Assembly (NCBI GenBank): GCA_964016885.1
Contig: OZ024742.1
Coordinates: forward strand, 83,204,001 to 83,268,000
DNA: 64,000 nt
DNA from: Eledone cirrhosa
Lineage: Eukaryota
Direction: 5' to 3'
The translations under genes were made by a program, and so were the position numbers. Every line of letters starts with the position of its first letter. Positions within the stretch are counted from its first letter, which is position 1. Under the pieces are notes generated by a model, which saw only the letters and a program-made list of their open reading frames with translations, searched no databases and was not told the origin of the DNA. Shown here one piece after another: positions 27,033 to 41,900 of the stretch.

Positions 27033-27180
27033 ATATGAGGGTTGCCTATAACGTTCATAGCCTGAAACCTTCATAGAATGACCAAAGGAAGTTAAATTTT
27101 CAACATAGTCCCAGGACAGAAACGATAGAGTTATAACCCTATGACAGTTTCAAGAGACTTTCGTAGTTTCCTGGAAAAGT
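27033..27180 (+). mobile_element. Possible mariner-type terminal remnant
   Basis: TATGAGGGTTG.. start and TTTTCAACATAGTCCC resemble mariner/MITE ends. No partner TIR identified. Confidence 0.3.
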
Positions 27181-27729
27181 TTGAATTCCTATGTATGTAT
27201 ACAACATGTACAAATTGAAAATAGTGTTTGTCGTAAAAGGTCACCATCACATACTTTATTCCTCTCAAATTGTCAACTGCGGTAAGGATTCTCCTTTGGG
27301 TTTGGAAGCTCAGATTCAGCCATAAAACATGCGGTACGTTAAGCCTACAAGACTGTTTGTGCCAATAATACTCAATACACAGAGAAAGTGTCTGAGATCA
27401 CACAATCAAGAAAGATCACACAATCAAGAAAGAAATATACACCTCACCGTTTCGAGGAAAGGTGAATGAATATGTGTTTTTATATTTGTATGCAAATATA
27501 TAAAGAAAAATGCAATTTTTATAACACGCACATTTACATATTTAAAGGTAAGTTAATATTTACTTTATGGTGTTTTATTTGCATGTTGTAAAGAAATATG
27601 AATCTTTTCAATCGAATTTCCTCTGCATATCCGGCAGAAAAAATGTGTGTGTGTGTGAGTGAGTGTGTGTGTGCGCGCGCGTATGTGTGTGTATGTGTGT
27701 GTGTGTGAGTGTGTGTGTGCGTGTGTGTA

Positions 27730-27761
<32 letters not shown>

Positions 27762-28083
27762 TGCATCAGTGTATAATGAGAGAGAGATGAGGGAGATGGA
27801 GTGTAGATGGAAGGAATAGGAATTACAAATTGCAAAATAAAAACATTTCATAGTTTCAGGTTTGTGTCTTTTAGTACTTTCTGCTCTCTACTTCTTTCTC
27901 TCCCTCTTTCTCTCTCTCTCTCTCTATAAATATATATATACTATTATATTTGAAATAATGTGTGAATAGATAGGCAATACATTTTTATGTAAGCAACTAC
28001 TGTTGTGCGTGTGTGGATATGTTCGTGAGCGTATTTATAATATATGAATCACATGCGTAGTTCTGTACTAAATGACGTACACA

Positions 28084-28117
<34 letters not shown>

Positions 28118-28138
28118 GCAATAATAATAATAATAATA

Positions 28139-28192
<54 letters not shown>
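28084..28192. repeat. Head-to-head (TAA)n/(TTA)n microsatellite
   Basis: Directly visible. Confidence 0.9.
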
Positions 28193-28720
28193 ACAACAAC
28201 AACAGCAATAAATTATTTAATTGAAATTCTGTATGGTGAGATAATGAGATTGAAAATATTCTAAAATATCACATAAAATGTCATAGGTCATCTTAGGGAA
28301 AATATCCTCGAATGAAAATGGCGTTCATACAATATTATTTACTTATTTGTTTATTTATTAAATCGATTTAAACGTCCATATATAGTTAGTAAGCCATAAC
28401 AGACTAGGTCACGTCTCTTATCCTCCATAAAATTTAAAAAAGAAACATGCAGGTGACCGACAGAAATATGAAAACACAACAACATGAGACAAAAGAAATA
28501 TAAATAACGAAGAAGTTGAAAAAGAAGGAGAACTGTAAAACAGACAGGTGATAATTTCTATTGGTGAATATTTTCTATCCTCTATTTACTAAGAAGCTTG
28601 TTTGTAGTTATTAGATATTTGGCCCTAACTTATATCTCCAGTCCCTTTTTTTAAATGCCATCTTCATCATGTTCTCTCTCTCAGAATGGCAGTTTCTTGA
28701 TTGGAAAAATAGTGACATAC

Positions 28721-28775
<55 letters not shown>

Positions 28776-28782
<7 letters not shown>

Positions 28783-29228
28783 TGCCCCCTCCTTATCGAG
28801 TATGGCCATTGCACGATATTCCATTATTATTAATTATCATATCTATCGTGCAATGCCTGTGCGTAAAGATATTTTTTAAAGTGAGGAAAGACTGGACACT
28901 GAGCCAATCCCACTTGCTGAGCGACAGTAGCTATAACCCGAAAAGAAGAAAAACATCAACATCATCGGTAACTACTAAGGCGCAGATTTTATATCGGAGT
29001 TATCCCAGTTTCCTGAGTTGCCTTCTCCTAGAAGAATGCCCTGACAAAGGCTAGGGGTCCTTCACTCCCAGGTATATACACATATACATATACATACATA
29101 TGGTCGGGTCGTCGGCGACTAAACCGGCAACCCCACCAAGTTTACTTGGTGAGGAAGGTGATTATGGAAAAGAAACAAAACCTGACAAATTGCGGAAGAA
29201 CTCATTAGGGTCAATAGCCATCCAAAAG
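28776..29228 (-). mobile_element. Rearranged relative of the 903-1462 retroposon (5' part inverted)
   Basis: 28776-29072 has the same orientation as 903-1320. 29100-29228 (TGGTCGGGTCGTCGGCGACTAAACCGGCAACCCC..GCCATCCAAAA) is the inverse of 1322-1460. Confidence 0.75.
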
Positions 29229-29235
29229 TGTGTAA

Positions 29236-29964
<729 letters not shown>

Positions 29965-29966
<2 letters not shown>

Positions 29967-30066
29967 AAAAAGTATGACCCTGACGGCAGAGCTCAAGCCG
30001 TTTCGACGGCTATTTCTGGACTATTATCCAGCTACTCCCCTAAGTATTGAGTACTCTGGTGTGTTA
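29965..30066. mobile_element. Rearranged fragment of the hairpin-plus-tail family
   Basis: CCCTGACGGCAGAGCTCAAGCCGTTTCGACGGCTA followed by the inverted tail GTATTGAGTACTCTGGTG. Confidence 0.6.
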
Positions 30067-30074
30067 CTGGCACT

Positions 30075-33000
30075 GAACGAGTGAGTGCAGGACGGTTTCG
30101 TCGCCCCGCGCGAATCTCGGACAGGCTCGGCTGACATATCGGCCCATTTCTGGGTGAGAGAGGCCACCCTGCTCGTCACCTCGCTCCAATTTTTCTCCAT
30201 CTGGAGGTCCGGACCGAACCAGACCCGATCAATGTAACCGGTCCTTCCGTCCAGCGCCCCAAGACGCTGTCGGACGGCATTGACTTGCCTCTCCAGGTGC
30301 CGATCTGCAAGCCCACCGACTTTTCCTGGTTTATCTTTGCTCCTGTCACCGCTTCGTATTCCTTGAGAGCGGTGCCGAGTATCTGGTCGTGTTTGGTTCT
30401 TGACACCACCACGGTGACGTCGTCGGCGTAAGCTGACACGAATCTCCCGCATCCCAGTTCACGTGGGACCCTCCTCATCGTCTCCGATTTGTGCAGTAAC
30501 GGCTCTAGGGCCAGTACGTACAAGAGGGACGAGCGGGGGCTACCCTGGCAGACCGAACGCATGATGCAGAAAGGCTGCGACAGGTGACCATTCACCCTCA
30601 CAATCGAGCAGATGTCGCTGTGCATCACAGCGATCCAGCCCCTAAAAACGGGCCCGAAGCCGGCCGCCTCGAGGATCGCAGCCATGTACCGATGGTTTAC
30701 CCTATCAAATGCTTTAGATTGATCCAAATTGATCAGGGCCCTAGCTGTGCCAGGTTCCTTAACAACCCTCTCTATGATGTATCGCATGAGATGGAGGTTG
30801 TCGTGGATGGATCTGTCCGGAATGGCGCATGTCTGCTCCTCTCCCACCAGTTCACCGACGACAAGCGCCAATCTCTTTTCTAACACCTTGGCCAAAATCT
30901 TAAACTCTACGATTTGCAGAGTTATGGGCCTGAAGTTGTCTATAACGTCCCCCTTGTTTGGGTCTTTTCTCAGCAGTACCACCGCTCCGCGGCTCACAAA
31001 ACTGGAAATGCTTCCGTTCTGCTGCCAGTTGTAGTAGACAGATGCCAAGACGTCGCCGAACAAGTCTGGAATATACGCATAAAGCTCGTAGGGTAGACCA
31101 TCCAAACCTGGCGATTTACCCCTCGTGCAGTTAGACATCGCTTCCCGTATTTCACCTGCTCTTATCGGCTTTTTGTAGCACTGCGTTTCGGTCCTCAGCC
31201 GCAGCAGTCTGTCGAGTTATGCACCGAAGTCCTTACTCCGATCCGGCCCGCCGCCGCTCCCGAACAATTGAGCAAAGTGCTGTTGAAAATCCGCTCATAT
31301 CTGCTCGGGTTCGAGCAACAAGCGCCCATTTTGATCAGGCAAAGACCGAAATGTGGACTTGTTGCCACGTCGCGCCTACACCACCCGGGCCCATTGAACG
31401 GCTTTCGTCCCCTTATGTCTTAGAGCACGCGCTCTAGCTCTGACAACGCAGCCTTCATACTTTGCGTTGAAGAATTGGTCGAGCGCCAATGTCACCGAAA
31501 GCACATCGGTTGCGATGCCTGTCCTAAACGCCTTTTCTAGCTTTCTAACTAACTCCCCCTCTACTCTATTTTCCTCTATCACTACTCCTTTGCTAAACCT
31601 TATCGAATCTACTCTAATAACCCTTTTCAGGGTAAACCACCACCAGTTGATGACGATCGCACTCGTTAACGCACGCTTAACTAATTCGCTAATCCGGTCT
31701 CTGTAAACTTTGCGCGCCGGGAACGACGCGTTCAGCTCCAGTAGCCGGGCCCTTTCCATTGGAGTCTATCTAAGTCAACTTCACAGATCACAAATTTGTG
31801 GTCCATGTAGTCGACTACTTTAAATTGTGGACAACCTACACTAGATTTATCTGTTTCCCTACAGAATACCCTATCTAAATACGATCTGGATGACCCGATG
31901 CGGTTTGCCCATGTCCACATTGGCACATTTGGATAATCCAGTATATACCTGTCATAGACTTCTAAACGTCTGAGCAGGTTGTTGAGGCCTTTACACCCTC
32001 CTCCTGCACTGTCTACTCGCCGCACATAATCCCAGCTTTCATCTACGATACTGTTCCAGTCGCCCACTAACACTAAAAAGCGGGACGTTCAAAGAAAGGT
32101 CTCTAGATGTCCGAAGAAATCTGGCCATCCTACCTCTGCTGGGGCGTAGACGGCTACTAGCCTGAAAGTATTGTCCTTGCTGCCGGTCACGTCCAGCAAC
32201 ACCGACTTACCTTCTGGGTCCAGGAAGATGGCCCGTATGGCGAGATGCAAGCCTCTCCGAAAAAGCACGCCCCCCCCCCCCCCCCCCGCTGGGAAATGCG
32301 TATACCTCGTGGCCGCCGACGAAGACTTGTTCTTCGGAGATTCTGGTCTCGCTGATGGCCACCACATCTATGTTTAGTGACCTGAAGTCGTTGAGCAGGT
32401 GACCCTGCTTCCAAGATGACCCCAGGCCACGTACATTTATACTGCCTATTGTAAGGATGGTCATGTTGGATGAGAAACGGGGTAAGTGAGAAAGGATCAC
32501 TTACCTTGAACGTGTGGTGAAGGGACAGTAGAAACGTCCCTTTGGCTGGTCATGGGTGCTTCGAAGAGGATGTCAGTGTATATCCTCCTGGTAACCGACC
32601 CTCTGAAGTCACCAACTGCGTTGGGGAATTTTTCTTTTAACAGTTTGTAATATTCTATTTTGATTTCAATTATGTTTATGCTTTTCGGGAGAATTTTTGG
32701 TGTTGGTGGAGTGTAGTAGTTTTTTTCTGTGATGTTTGTGTGCTGCTTTATATGTAGTAAGAGTTCTTTATTTGCCATGTTTATGGCTGTTTACTTTTTG
32801 GGGGGAGGGGTGATTTTGTTGCTGTTTTCTTATTGTTGCTGTTGGGTGTGTGTGTTTTGTTGTGTTTGCGATGTTGGTGTTTTTGGTGATGTTGGTGGTG
32901 GTGTGGTTGTTGTTGGTGTTGATACTTGTGGAGGTGATGGCTATGGTGGTGGTATTGCTGCAAGTCTCTTTGCAACCTTTACCCCTCTTTGTTTGCCTTC

Positions 33001-34600
33001 GCTTTTGGAGGGTGAAGCTAAGGGGTTTTTCCTTTTTTGATTTTTGTGGCAGACCGTTTGCCACTTCCCTCCCGCCTCATATTCCATGTTGGATTCCGTG
33101 GCGTCTAGGAGGGGTATGAGCTCCACTGCTGTTGGTGGTGGTAGTGGAGCCGCTCCGGCGATGTTGCCGCCGGTGTAGCTACTGCGACTGTTGGTGTTGC
33201 CGCCACTGCTGTGCTGCTTTAGTTGTCCGTGGCCTTAGTATGGGTGCCACGGACGTTGCCCTCCTACTCACCATGGAAGGGTCTTCTGCCTCTGTTGCTC
33301 GCCCTGCTCTTGGTAGCAGCGGATCAGGCGTCGGAAGGTGGGCGGAGGTGTCTTCTTGGTTGTCTTCTGCGGGCAGAAGGCCCTGAGGTGACCCTTCTGC
33401 CCACAGAGATAGCACTTTAGGCGCCTTCCTTCCACGTTTATATTGAGTTGGAGTCCTTCTTCGAGGTCTATGAGGTCTGGGATGGCCTCGATTCACTCCT
33501 GGTCAGTCTGTATTAGCATTTGCATGCCTATTCCTGACCAGTTCTCTCTTCCCATTCTCTGTATTTGCAGTATGGTGGTCTTCTCCTTGATTCCAGCAAG
33601 TACAGACGCTGCCAGCCAAGGTATGGGCACGTTGGGTGGGACCTGAGTCATTTTAACCCTCACAATTTTCTGCCCGCAGCAGGAGGTTGCCAAGACTAAC
33701 TCCTCACTCTTTAGGGTTTCCAAAGAGTGAGACTTCGTCTCTTGTGGGGTGGCGAAAAGTACCTCTACTGTGGCGTACTTTTTGCCTCGGGTGATGTGGG
33801 TTTTGAGCGCCGAGACGCACCCCAAGGCATTCTGGATTTGAGCCTCCGTGGCTGTCTCCACCCGATGTGATTTTTTGCTTACGGTGCGGAAAGTGACCGT
33901 GCGCAGTTGCTGGTCTTTGAAGAAATCGGGTGGAGGTTTCAGGGAAACTCTATTATCATTTCTAGTCACCATGGCTCTTGCGATTGCCATCTCCTCCGTG
34001 ACTATCACTGTCTCTATATTTCGGGCCACACCTGCGAAAGAAGTGGCCCATTTTTCAGCGGCACCATTATTGCTGCCGCTACTGCTGCTACTGGTCTTGT
34101 TTGTGCTGTTGCTACTGCTACAAACGGTGTTGTTGGTGCTGTTTCTGTTATCACTGTTGTAGTTGGTTGTGTTTTTGGTGCCACCGTTGTTATTGTTTTC
34201 GGTGCAATTTGTATTGTTGCTGTTGGTGTTGTCGTTGTTTATTTTCTTGTTAGTGGTGTTAATATCGTTGTTGCATTTGTTGTCATTTTTTTCTGTTGTC
34301 TGTATTTTGGTTGTCGCTGTTGTAGTTGGTGTGGTAATTTTTTTTAAATTAGTGTTCTCACTGATGTTGCCTTTGTTCACGTTGTTTATGGTGGTGACTG
34401 CTGTATGACTTTCACTAACCCTCCTTTCTATTTTTACGCTGTTGTCACACGACAGCAGAAATATTGCTGTGGGCGTGGTTCAGCCATGGTTTTTTTATTT
34501 TTAAATGTAAAATGTTCAAATATTAATCAAATATTTGGGCCAAAAGGCCAAATATTATACTTTCCCCTTCACAGGGCAAAGTCCAACGGCTTACACAACA
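30075..34600 (-). mobile_element. Decayed Tx1/L1-clade LINE (ORF1 with CCHC knuckle; ORF2 APE + RT), 3'-truncated
   Basis: ORF1 ~34380-32500 with VEGRRLKCYLCGQKGHLRAFCP. ORF2 from ~32464: SINVRGL, ISETR, AVYAP, GDWN, YLDR, DH. RT: KSPGLDG, FRPIT, LDQSKAFDRV, QGSP, YADD. Frameshifts and stops. Confidence 0.92.
30176..31138 (-). pseudogene. Tx1/L1-type reverse transcriptase domain
   Basis: 320-aa open segment with canonical non-LTR RT motifs including YADD. Confidence 0.9.
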
Positions 34601-35021
34601 AGAAGAATTAAGCAACAAATAATTACATCAGGTAAATAAAGCGACTTACTGGGAGCAAGCAAAAAGCGTCCGAACAGACCAATAATAATGATAATAATGA
34701 TAATAATAATAATAAATGTGAAGACTAAAATTAGAAGAGAGCTCGATAAGAATAATATATAGAATGGTCTTATATATAAGTCTTTGCATGGCATTTCGAA
34801 TGAATTGACTTGTGTCAAAATCAAGAAGTCGACTATATTCACTATATTCCTTGTAACAGCACCTTTTCTGTTTTAAAACCCATAAAAAGGATTTCATTTT
34901 TGCTTTCAGGGCTGGAACGAATAATTTAAATTTTCATTCATTTCAATGGGGAAAATTGATTTGATAAGCGAGTAAATCTTAAAACGATCTCGGTCATGGA
35001 ATGTATTAAACTCGGACTGGT

Positions 35022-35121
<100 letters not shown>

Positions 35122-35322
35122 ATACTTGGGGAGGGTCATATTTGTGTAATATTGCCAGAATTAATAACAGAACACACTCACTGTTTGGTTGGTTTTCGCA
35201 TTTCGCTTCTGTGTCTTTTATATCAGTAGCCTAATTTACTCGGTCCTCAATGTTGCCATTGACTGACCGACGGTCAAAAATAATACAGATACGATGGGAG
35301 AGAGAAAATCCTCAACGCTCAC

Positions 35323-37314
35323 ATGATGATGTGGACCGACATCCTAAAGCCAAGCAGACGCACTGCCAACAACTTCCAGGCGTCTAACAATGGCATACCA
35401 CCCTTGTATGGGCTCCGCAAAGACCACAAGACAGTCGACGACCCGACAACAGGACCACCAACAAGACCCGTATGCGGAGCTAATATAGCTAGTAACTACA
35501 GGATCTCCTACTTCCTCTCAATGGTTATACGCCCCATAATCAAGATGTCCCCAGATGTATATGACAGTACAGAGGACCTCCTCAGCAGAATCAGTGAGTC
35601 CAACAAAAACAGGAACCTATCCAACTGCATAATAGGCAGCATGGATGTGGTGTCACTGTACCCATCCAGTAACATTGATTTTGCTGTGGAAAAATATGTG
35701 GAGTTGATCGTTGAGAGTTAGGTGGAGTTCTGCAACGTCGACACAGATGAACTGGGCCTCCTACTTAGACTTGCCTACGACACTGACTACCTAGACAGCC
35801 ATGACCTTAGACGTTTCTGCACTAGTAGACCCATAAGAGGTAGACCCCCCACCATAACCTCAATGGCAAAAAAGACTCCCATGGGAAGGTGGATTGGGTG
35901 GACCAAAGCTATACGGACCCCCCAAAACAATGATCAGGTAAGAAAAATGGTCGCACATGCAATAGGGGCTAGTATCAAAACTACCCTAAAGGGCCACATA
36001 ATTAAGTTCAACGAGAAGATCTACACCCAAAATGAGGGAGCAGCCATTGGCGTCAGCATAGCCGGTGATGTTGCCAACCTTTTCATGGTATGGTGGGAAA
36101 GGAGACTTAAAGATCTCCTTAATGAGAGCTCCATAGATCTCATCATGTACTCTCGTTATGTAGACGATATCAATATAGTTATAAGAACATCCCCACTAGA
36201 GAGCACTAACAAGTTTGATTTAGAACGTAGCACAATGGAAAGCATCCAGCAGATAGCTAATTCCATACACCAGAGTATAACTGTAACTATCGACTTCCCT
36301 TCCAAACACCCTAACAATAGACTACCTGTCTTAGACACAGAACTCTGGATTAACACTATAGACGAGAGAGCCCAAATTCTCCACTCACACTATGCTAAAC
36401 CCATGGCCTCCAAATACTTGATACTCAAAACCTCAGCAATGTCCAGTAGTGCTAAGTCTAATATTCTGATCGCAGATTTGGTACGAGTGATGAAGAATGT
36501 GTCCCGCATGTGCGACCCAACAGAAATGGAAAGACACATCCAACACTTCATCAACCGCATGCAGTTCTCTGGCTACAACCAAAGAGACAGAGTCAGAGTA
36601 TACGAAGGAGCCATGGAGAAGTATAAGACCCTCATAGAACTGGACATGAAAGGAATTTGCCCATTATACAGGAGCAAATCATGGAATAGCTTAGATAGGG
36701 CTAGACATAAGATAGGGAAAGCCACCTCATGGTACGACAACCAGAGATACCAGAGTGTCATGTTTGTGGACGCTACCCCTGGAGGGAAATTAGCTAACCA
36801 GTGTAGAAAGGCCCTGAGAAAGACCCACTTAAAAGTTAAGGTGGTAGAAAAGCCAGGAACCACCATAAAATCCCTGATCAGCAAAACCTACCCTTTTAAG
36901 AAAACCCACTGTACCAATAGGAAATGTATCATATGTAAGGTAAACCCCCGGATAAACTGTAAAACTAGAAACGTAGTCTATAGCATAAGATGTACAGAGG
37001 GTACTTGCAGAAACATGACAACAACATACATAGGTGAGACAGCTCGTAGCATAGGTGAAAGGATAGACCAACACTGGGGGGAACTAAAAGAACGAAAAAA
37101 CGGGTCAGTACTATACCAACATGCCAGACAACAACATGACGGTAACATAGACAACATAGAAATTAGAATAATATCTAAACATAGAAATGACCCAGCAGAT
37201 AGGCAAGTCAGAGAGGCCAGTGAAATAGAACTTAGAAGACCAAGACTAAACAGAAATAATGAATGGAATAACAACAACACCCAAACAAACAACACTGACC
37301 TAAGAGAAGTATAA
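35323..37314 (+). CDS. PLE reverse transcriptase + GIY-YIG endonuclease (single in-frame TAG at 35719-35721)
   Basis: LYGLRKDHK, TRPV, SMDVVSLYP, QNEGAAIG, RYVDD, LPVLD, CTNRKCIIC..C linker, VVYSIRC..C..YIGETAR..R..QH, REASEI, LN..EW. Confidence 0.9.
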
Positions 37315-37552
37315 ATAAGTAAATACAATAAAATAAATAAATAAATAAATACATACACAAGCACATAAACACACACTAGTCACCCAATCATGAACACACA
37401 TCACACATCAAACAAAACACTATACACACACGCAAACGCATGCGCAAAGAAGACAAAATAAAATAAACAAACAAGCAAATAAATAAATAAATATATAGAC
37501 AGACTGAATAAAAATGGCGTAGACATACAATGCAACTGGAGGAAACAATAGC

Positions 37553-37594
37553 ACCACTGACGATGTTGCAAATGTGCAACGAAAGATTTATGAT
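37553..37594 (+). ncRNA. Minimal hammerhead motif in PLE 3' UTR
   Basis: ACCA CUGACGA U GUUGCA AAUG UGCAAC GAAA GAUU UA UGAU. Perfect 6-bp stem II, weak stems I and III. Confidence 0.6.
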
Positions 37595-38599
37595 AAACTA
37601 TATATATGTGTTTGTGTCTATATTGTATCTGTATTATTTTTGACCGTCGGTCAGTCAATGGCAACATTGAGGACCGAGTAAATTAGGTTACCGATATAAA
37701 AGACACAGAAGCGAAAAGCGAAAACCAACCAAACAGTGAGTGTGTTCTGTTATTAATTCTGGCAATATTACACAAATATGACCCTCCCCAAGTATAACAA
37801 TATTTGTTTCGACAAGATTTCATATAAAAAACCTCACAAAACTATATATATAAATATATATATACACATTTTTATATATATACACATTTTTATAAACGTG
37901 TGTACGTATATATATATATATATACGTACACACGCTTATAAAAATGTGTATATATACATATATACACTTAAATATACGATATTGATCAACCGGGCTTTAT
38001 ATATAACGCTCCAATCTGTAAACGTTGAGGCTATTAGATTCAAACACTGAATTTGTGAATCCATCCCAATACTCCATGGCCGAGTCTACATACAATTATT
38101 ATAATTGTAAAGGATAGATGTAGAAATACATAACTCAATTTATTCCGATAGCGTTCCGCTCGCCAGGTATGATGGTTAGTTCCGATATAGGCATCCTCCT
38201 GTCGGACAAATAAGCAACCCCGGACTAACAGAGGTGAAATCGTGTAATGGACGTCAGTGTTAACTCTCAAGAAAACTCTCACATCCTAGTTTGTAACTAC
38301 AACGGGGCGAATATAGGCCGCATCTAAAATCAAATAAGAAACAAATATGAAATTTATATTAAAGAACCCTTAGAAGATGAAGTTAGCAACCAACACAAAT
38401 TTAAGGAATATCCAATTTCGCTAGTATAGTACACGTCGGCAATGACGTGAGTTATTGTAAAAACAAAAATACTTAATTTAATGTTTATTTTATAGTTGCA
38501 CATTCTGTGTACAACTCCCCAATTTTCGTTGATCTTCTCCCTCGAAAATCACATTATTTCATTACACTTTCATCTAAGACAATTACAGTAATATTTTTC

Positions 38600-40260
38600 C
38601 ATATTTTTCTTAACCATTGTCAAAACATGTATCCAGTAAATTACGACGACAAGTTTTATTGTTAGTATTTATGTAGGTGTAACATTTTTGTTGTGTTGTG
38701 TTGCTTTTTGTCTGTCGTTCTTGTGTGTGTTTACGTTTTGTAGTAGGTGTTTTGTTTTCAGGAGGGGGTGTTTTTGTTTGTGCTGTTTGCGTCGCTTGTG
38801 TTGGTGTTTGTGTTTGTTGCATTTTTGTTTGTGTTATGTCTTTTCTTTTTTCTTTTTACTGGTCGGAAAGGCTCTCTCTCATCGTCACTGGGTGACGATG
38901 ATGAGGCCTCATCCGTGTTGTTGGGGAGGGGGTACATTTTGGGGAGCTGTTATGTGTGTGGGTATTTATGGAGTTGTTTTAGGTGCGGAGGGGTTTGGAT
39001 AGGACTGTGTTTATCGTTTGTTTTGTTGTCACTATTTTTTTATGTTGTTGTTATGGTGGTGGTGGTGGTGATTGTTGTGCTGGTGTTGCAGGTGTTGGCA
39101 GTAGTGCCTTTTTTTGGCTAGTTAGCCGAGGACAGGAAGCTCTCAGGTGACCCCTGCTTAAGCAGTGGTAACACGAGGGCCGCCTACCCTCGACCGAAAG
39201 GTTTATGTATATAAGCCCATCCAGCAACACACGTTCCGTGATCCTAGCTTTTCGTTCTGGTGTCATTTGGACCAGAATTTCCAGACCAGTTCTGCTGAAC
39301 AGGTCGCCGGAGGACTTACCTACCGATATTATTGAGTCTTTTGGGAGGTTTAAAAATCCACATAGTACCCACCAAATATCAATATTTAGTGTGATACTTT
39401 GGATTTTTATTTTCTGTGTTCTTTTCCCCATGTAAGTGGGGGGAAAGGTGAACAGCGGTGACACAATTGGCGAACAGAATATTTCTGTGCCGCCAATTGG
39501 TCTTTCATCAGAATGGATAAACTCCCTTAGAGTCTACCCTTCTGAATGAAAGCAATGTCTTTTACAGCATCTTTTAAAACCAACTCAATTTAACCTTGTG
39601 AAAGTTGAGTTAGTTTTCAGGTTTTGTTTGAGACTGTCCTGAAAACCACAGTTTTCAAGGCAGTTTCTCTTCGCAAATCTGGGGGAGAGTTTATGAAGGA
39701 TGATCCGTTCTCCCCAAAAGTTACGTACTGTCTGGCGTTATTCAAAAGCTCATTTGCATTTGAAATATCCACCGGAGTGTAGCTTACCGTTTTCTTTACG
39801 GTTTACGCAAACGATATTTTGTCGTTTACTTCCTTGTTGCAGTTATTGGTCTTGTTGTTGTTGTTATTGTTCTTGTTGTTGGCGTTGTTTTCGTTCATAT
39901 TATTGTTGTTCTGCTTGTTGCATTGCCGCTGGTTGTGTTGTTTTTGTTCATTGTTTCACACTTTTGGTTTTGGTTTGTTGCTATGGCAACGCCAAGTTGT
40001 TGGTCAGCAGGTGAAAAAAATCCTTCTTCTGGCTGACCTTTGTCTGAGACATCTGCTACTATGACAGTGGAAGCATATCTTCCCCTTTCCTCCTTCGAAT
40101 GTTGGTGAAGAAGCTGTTGCTTCAGCCAATTTTTTTTAAAACGTTAGTTTTCCGAAAAGTTTTTTATGAACTATTTCTCCTAAAGGCGTAGAATATTTTG
40201 AGAGACTGCCCAGATCAAAACTTGACCTGGCAGTCCCTCTACAAATTGGTATAAAAATGA
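38600..40260 (-). mobile_element. Relic ORF1 of a second Tx1/L1-type LINE
   Basis: VEGRRPSCYHCLSRGHLRASCP knuckle. Same low-complexity N/T/Q-rich layout as ORF1 at 32500-34380. Confidence 0.75.
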
Positions 40261-40339
40261 AGGTTCACAGTCAAGAATTTCTATAGAAATTTAAGCAGAA
40301 CTTACCCAGCAAGTTTCACGAGTGTGTCCATCCCAGAGG

Positions 40340-40454
<115 letters not shown>

Positions 40455-41067
40455 ACAAACACAAAGACATATAATTAGACAAAGAGACAATATACAGATG
40501 TGTTACTACTGTTCGAAGATAAATATATCACTAGGTAGATAGCTATAGAGTGTTGCTGTTCTCTCTATCAACACAAATGCTGCAGAAAGATGTAGGAGGA
40601 AGATTCAAATTGACAATTTCCAAGCAAATGCAGCTCAAAGATGTTGTGATATAACCAAGTGTTTTATTATAATGATACTTGCAGCACTTGAATAAATATA
40701 TAAATACATAAAAAGTAAAACCTTTGCTTTCTTACAAACCCACTTACCAGATCAAATTACAAATATTTTTACATATTGCCAACAATACCTCCAACCTTCA
40801 GTTACCAAAGTTTTCCCACGATCGCCTCTTACCTCCTAACACTCACTACACATCTACCCAACGAAACTCCTATATACCTAAGAGATATGGATAACATACT
40901 GCATTTCTGTGGAAAGGCTCACAGATACACCAGTTTACTTTGAGCAAACATCGTAACGATATTATTTAAAAAAAGCATTAACAATTAATATTACATATTA
41001 CATATTAATATTATTAATACTGAGTTTTGCCTCCCTTGTAGACTACCAGCATCACTAAATCTGAACA

Positions 41068-41111
<44 letters not shown>

Positions 41112-41138
41112 TCACACCTTTCTCTTTCTATATAAATA

Positions 41139-41215
<77 letters not shown>

Positions 41216-41717
41216 GAGAGAGAGTAAGAAAGAGAGTAAGAGAGAGAGGGAGTAAGAGAGAGAGAAAGCATTCATTGGTCCAGTGAGATCAAGGATTGAC
41301 ACAGTGACATTTCTCTCCAAGACGTATGCATAGTTAGGATGTCTTATTGAAATCCCGTAATTGTCCTGCATGAAAGTCACCTTTCAATACGTCAACGATA
41401 TTGCTGAAGGGAAAGACAAAAGCTCACACAACATGACCCAATGACATCATCGCAATCGAAATCAATATACTGATGTCGAAAACGATACAAAAATAATTAA
41501 AGATAATTGTTTCTACTTTAGGTACAAGGCCAGCAATTACCCAAAAAGGTTTACAAACACGGCAATATTTTAGATGTGTTATTATAGGCTTGGAAGTTCA
41601 GTGATAATTATTTCGTGGGAATTTTGCTGTTTATTGGTGGATAACTATTTCAACGGTCAACAGGTTATAGAAGGTATTAGAGAATGCAACATATCTTCGT
41701 CATAAGAAGCAAGTAAG

Positions 41718-41900
41718 TAGTGGATTGGGCGTATCAGTTAAACGTTGGAAAACATGTTTGCACCGTACAGTTACGACCTTTTACGTTCTGAGTTTAAATC
41801 CCACATAGGTTAGCTTTGTCTTTCATCCTTATGGACTCGGCAAAATAAACCACCCTTAACGCAAAACTATTGATCTTCTGCCTAAATTAGAAACAATTAT
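41718..41900 (+). mobile_element. Diverged tRNA-derived SINE
   Basis: GTGGATTGG..CTGAGTTTAAATCCC..CTTTCATCCTTA..TAGAAACAATTAT. Confidence 0.7.

Noticed and set aside
35719-35721. In-frame stop in PLE ORF as possible selenocysteine recoding
   Set aside because: The codon is TAG, not TGA, and is not at a Cys-motif position. Most likely a point mutation.
38106-38301. TGT...ACA segment as a solo LTR
   Set aside because: No target-site duplication and no second copy in the window.
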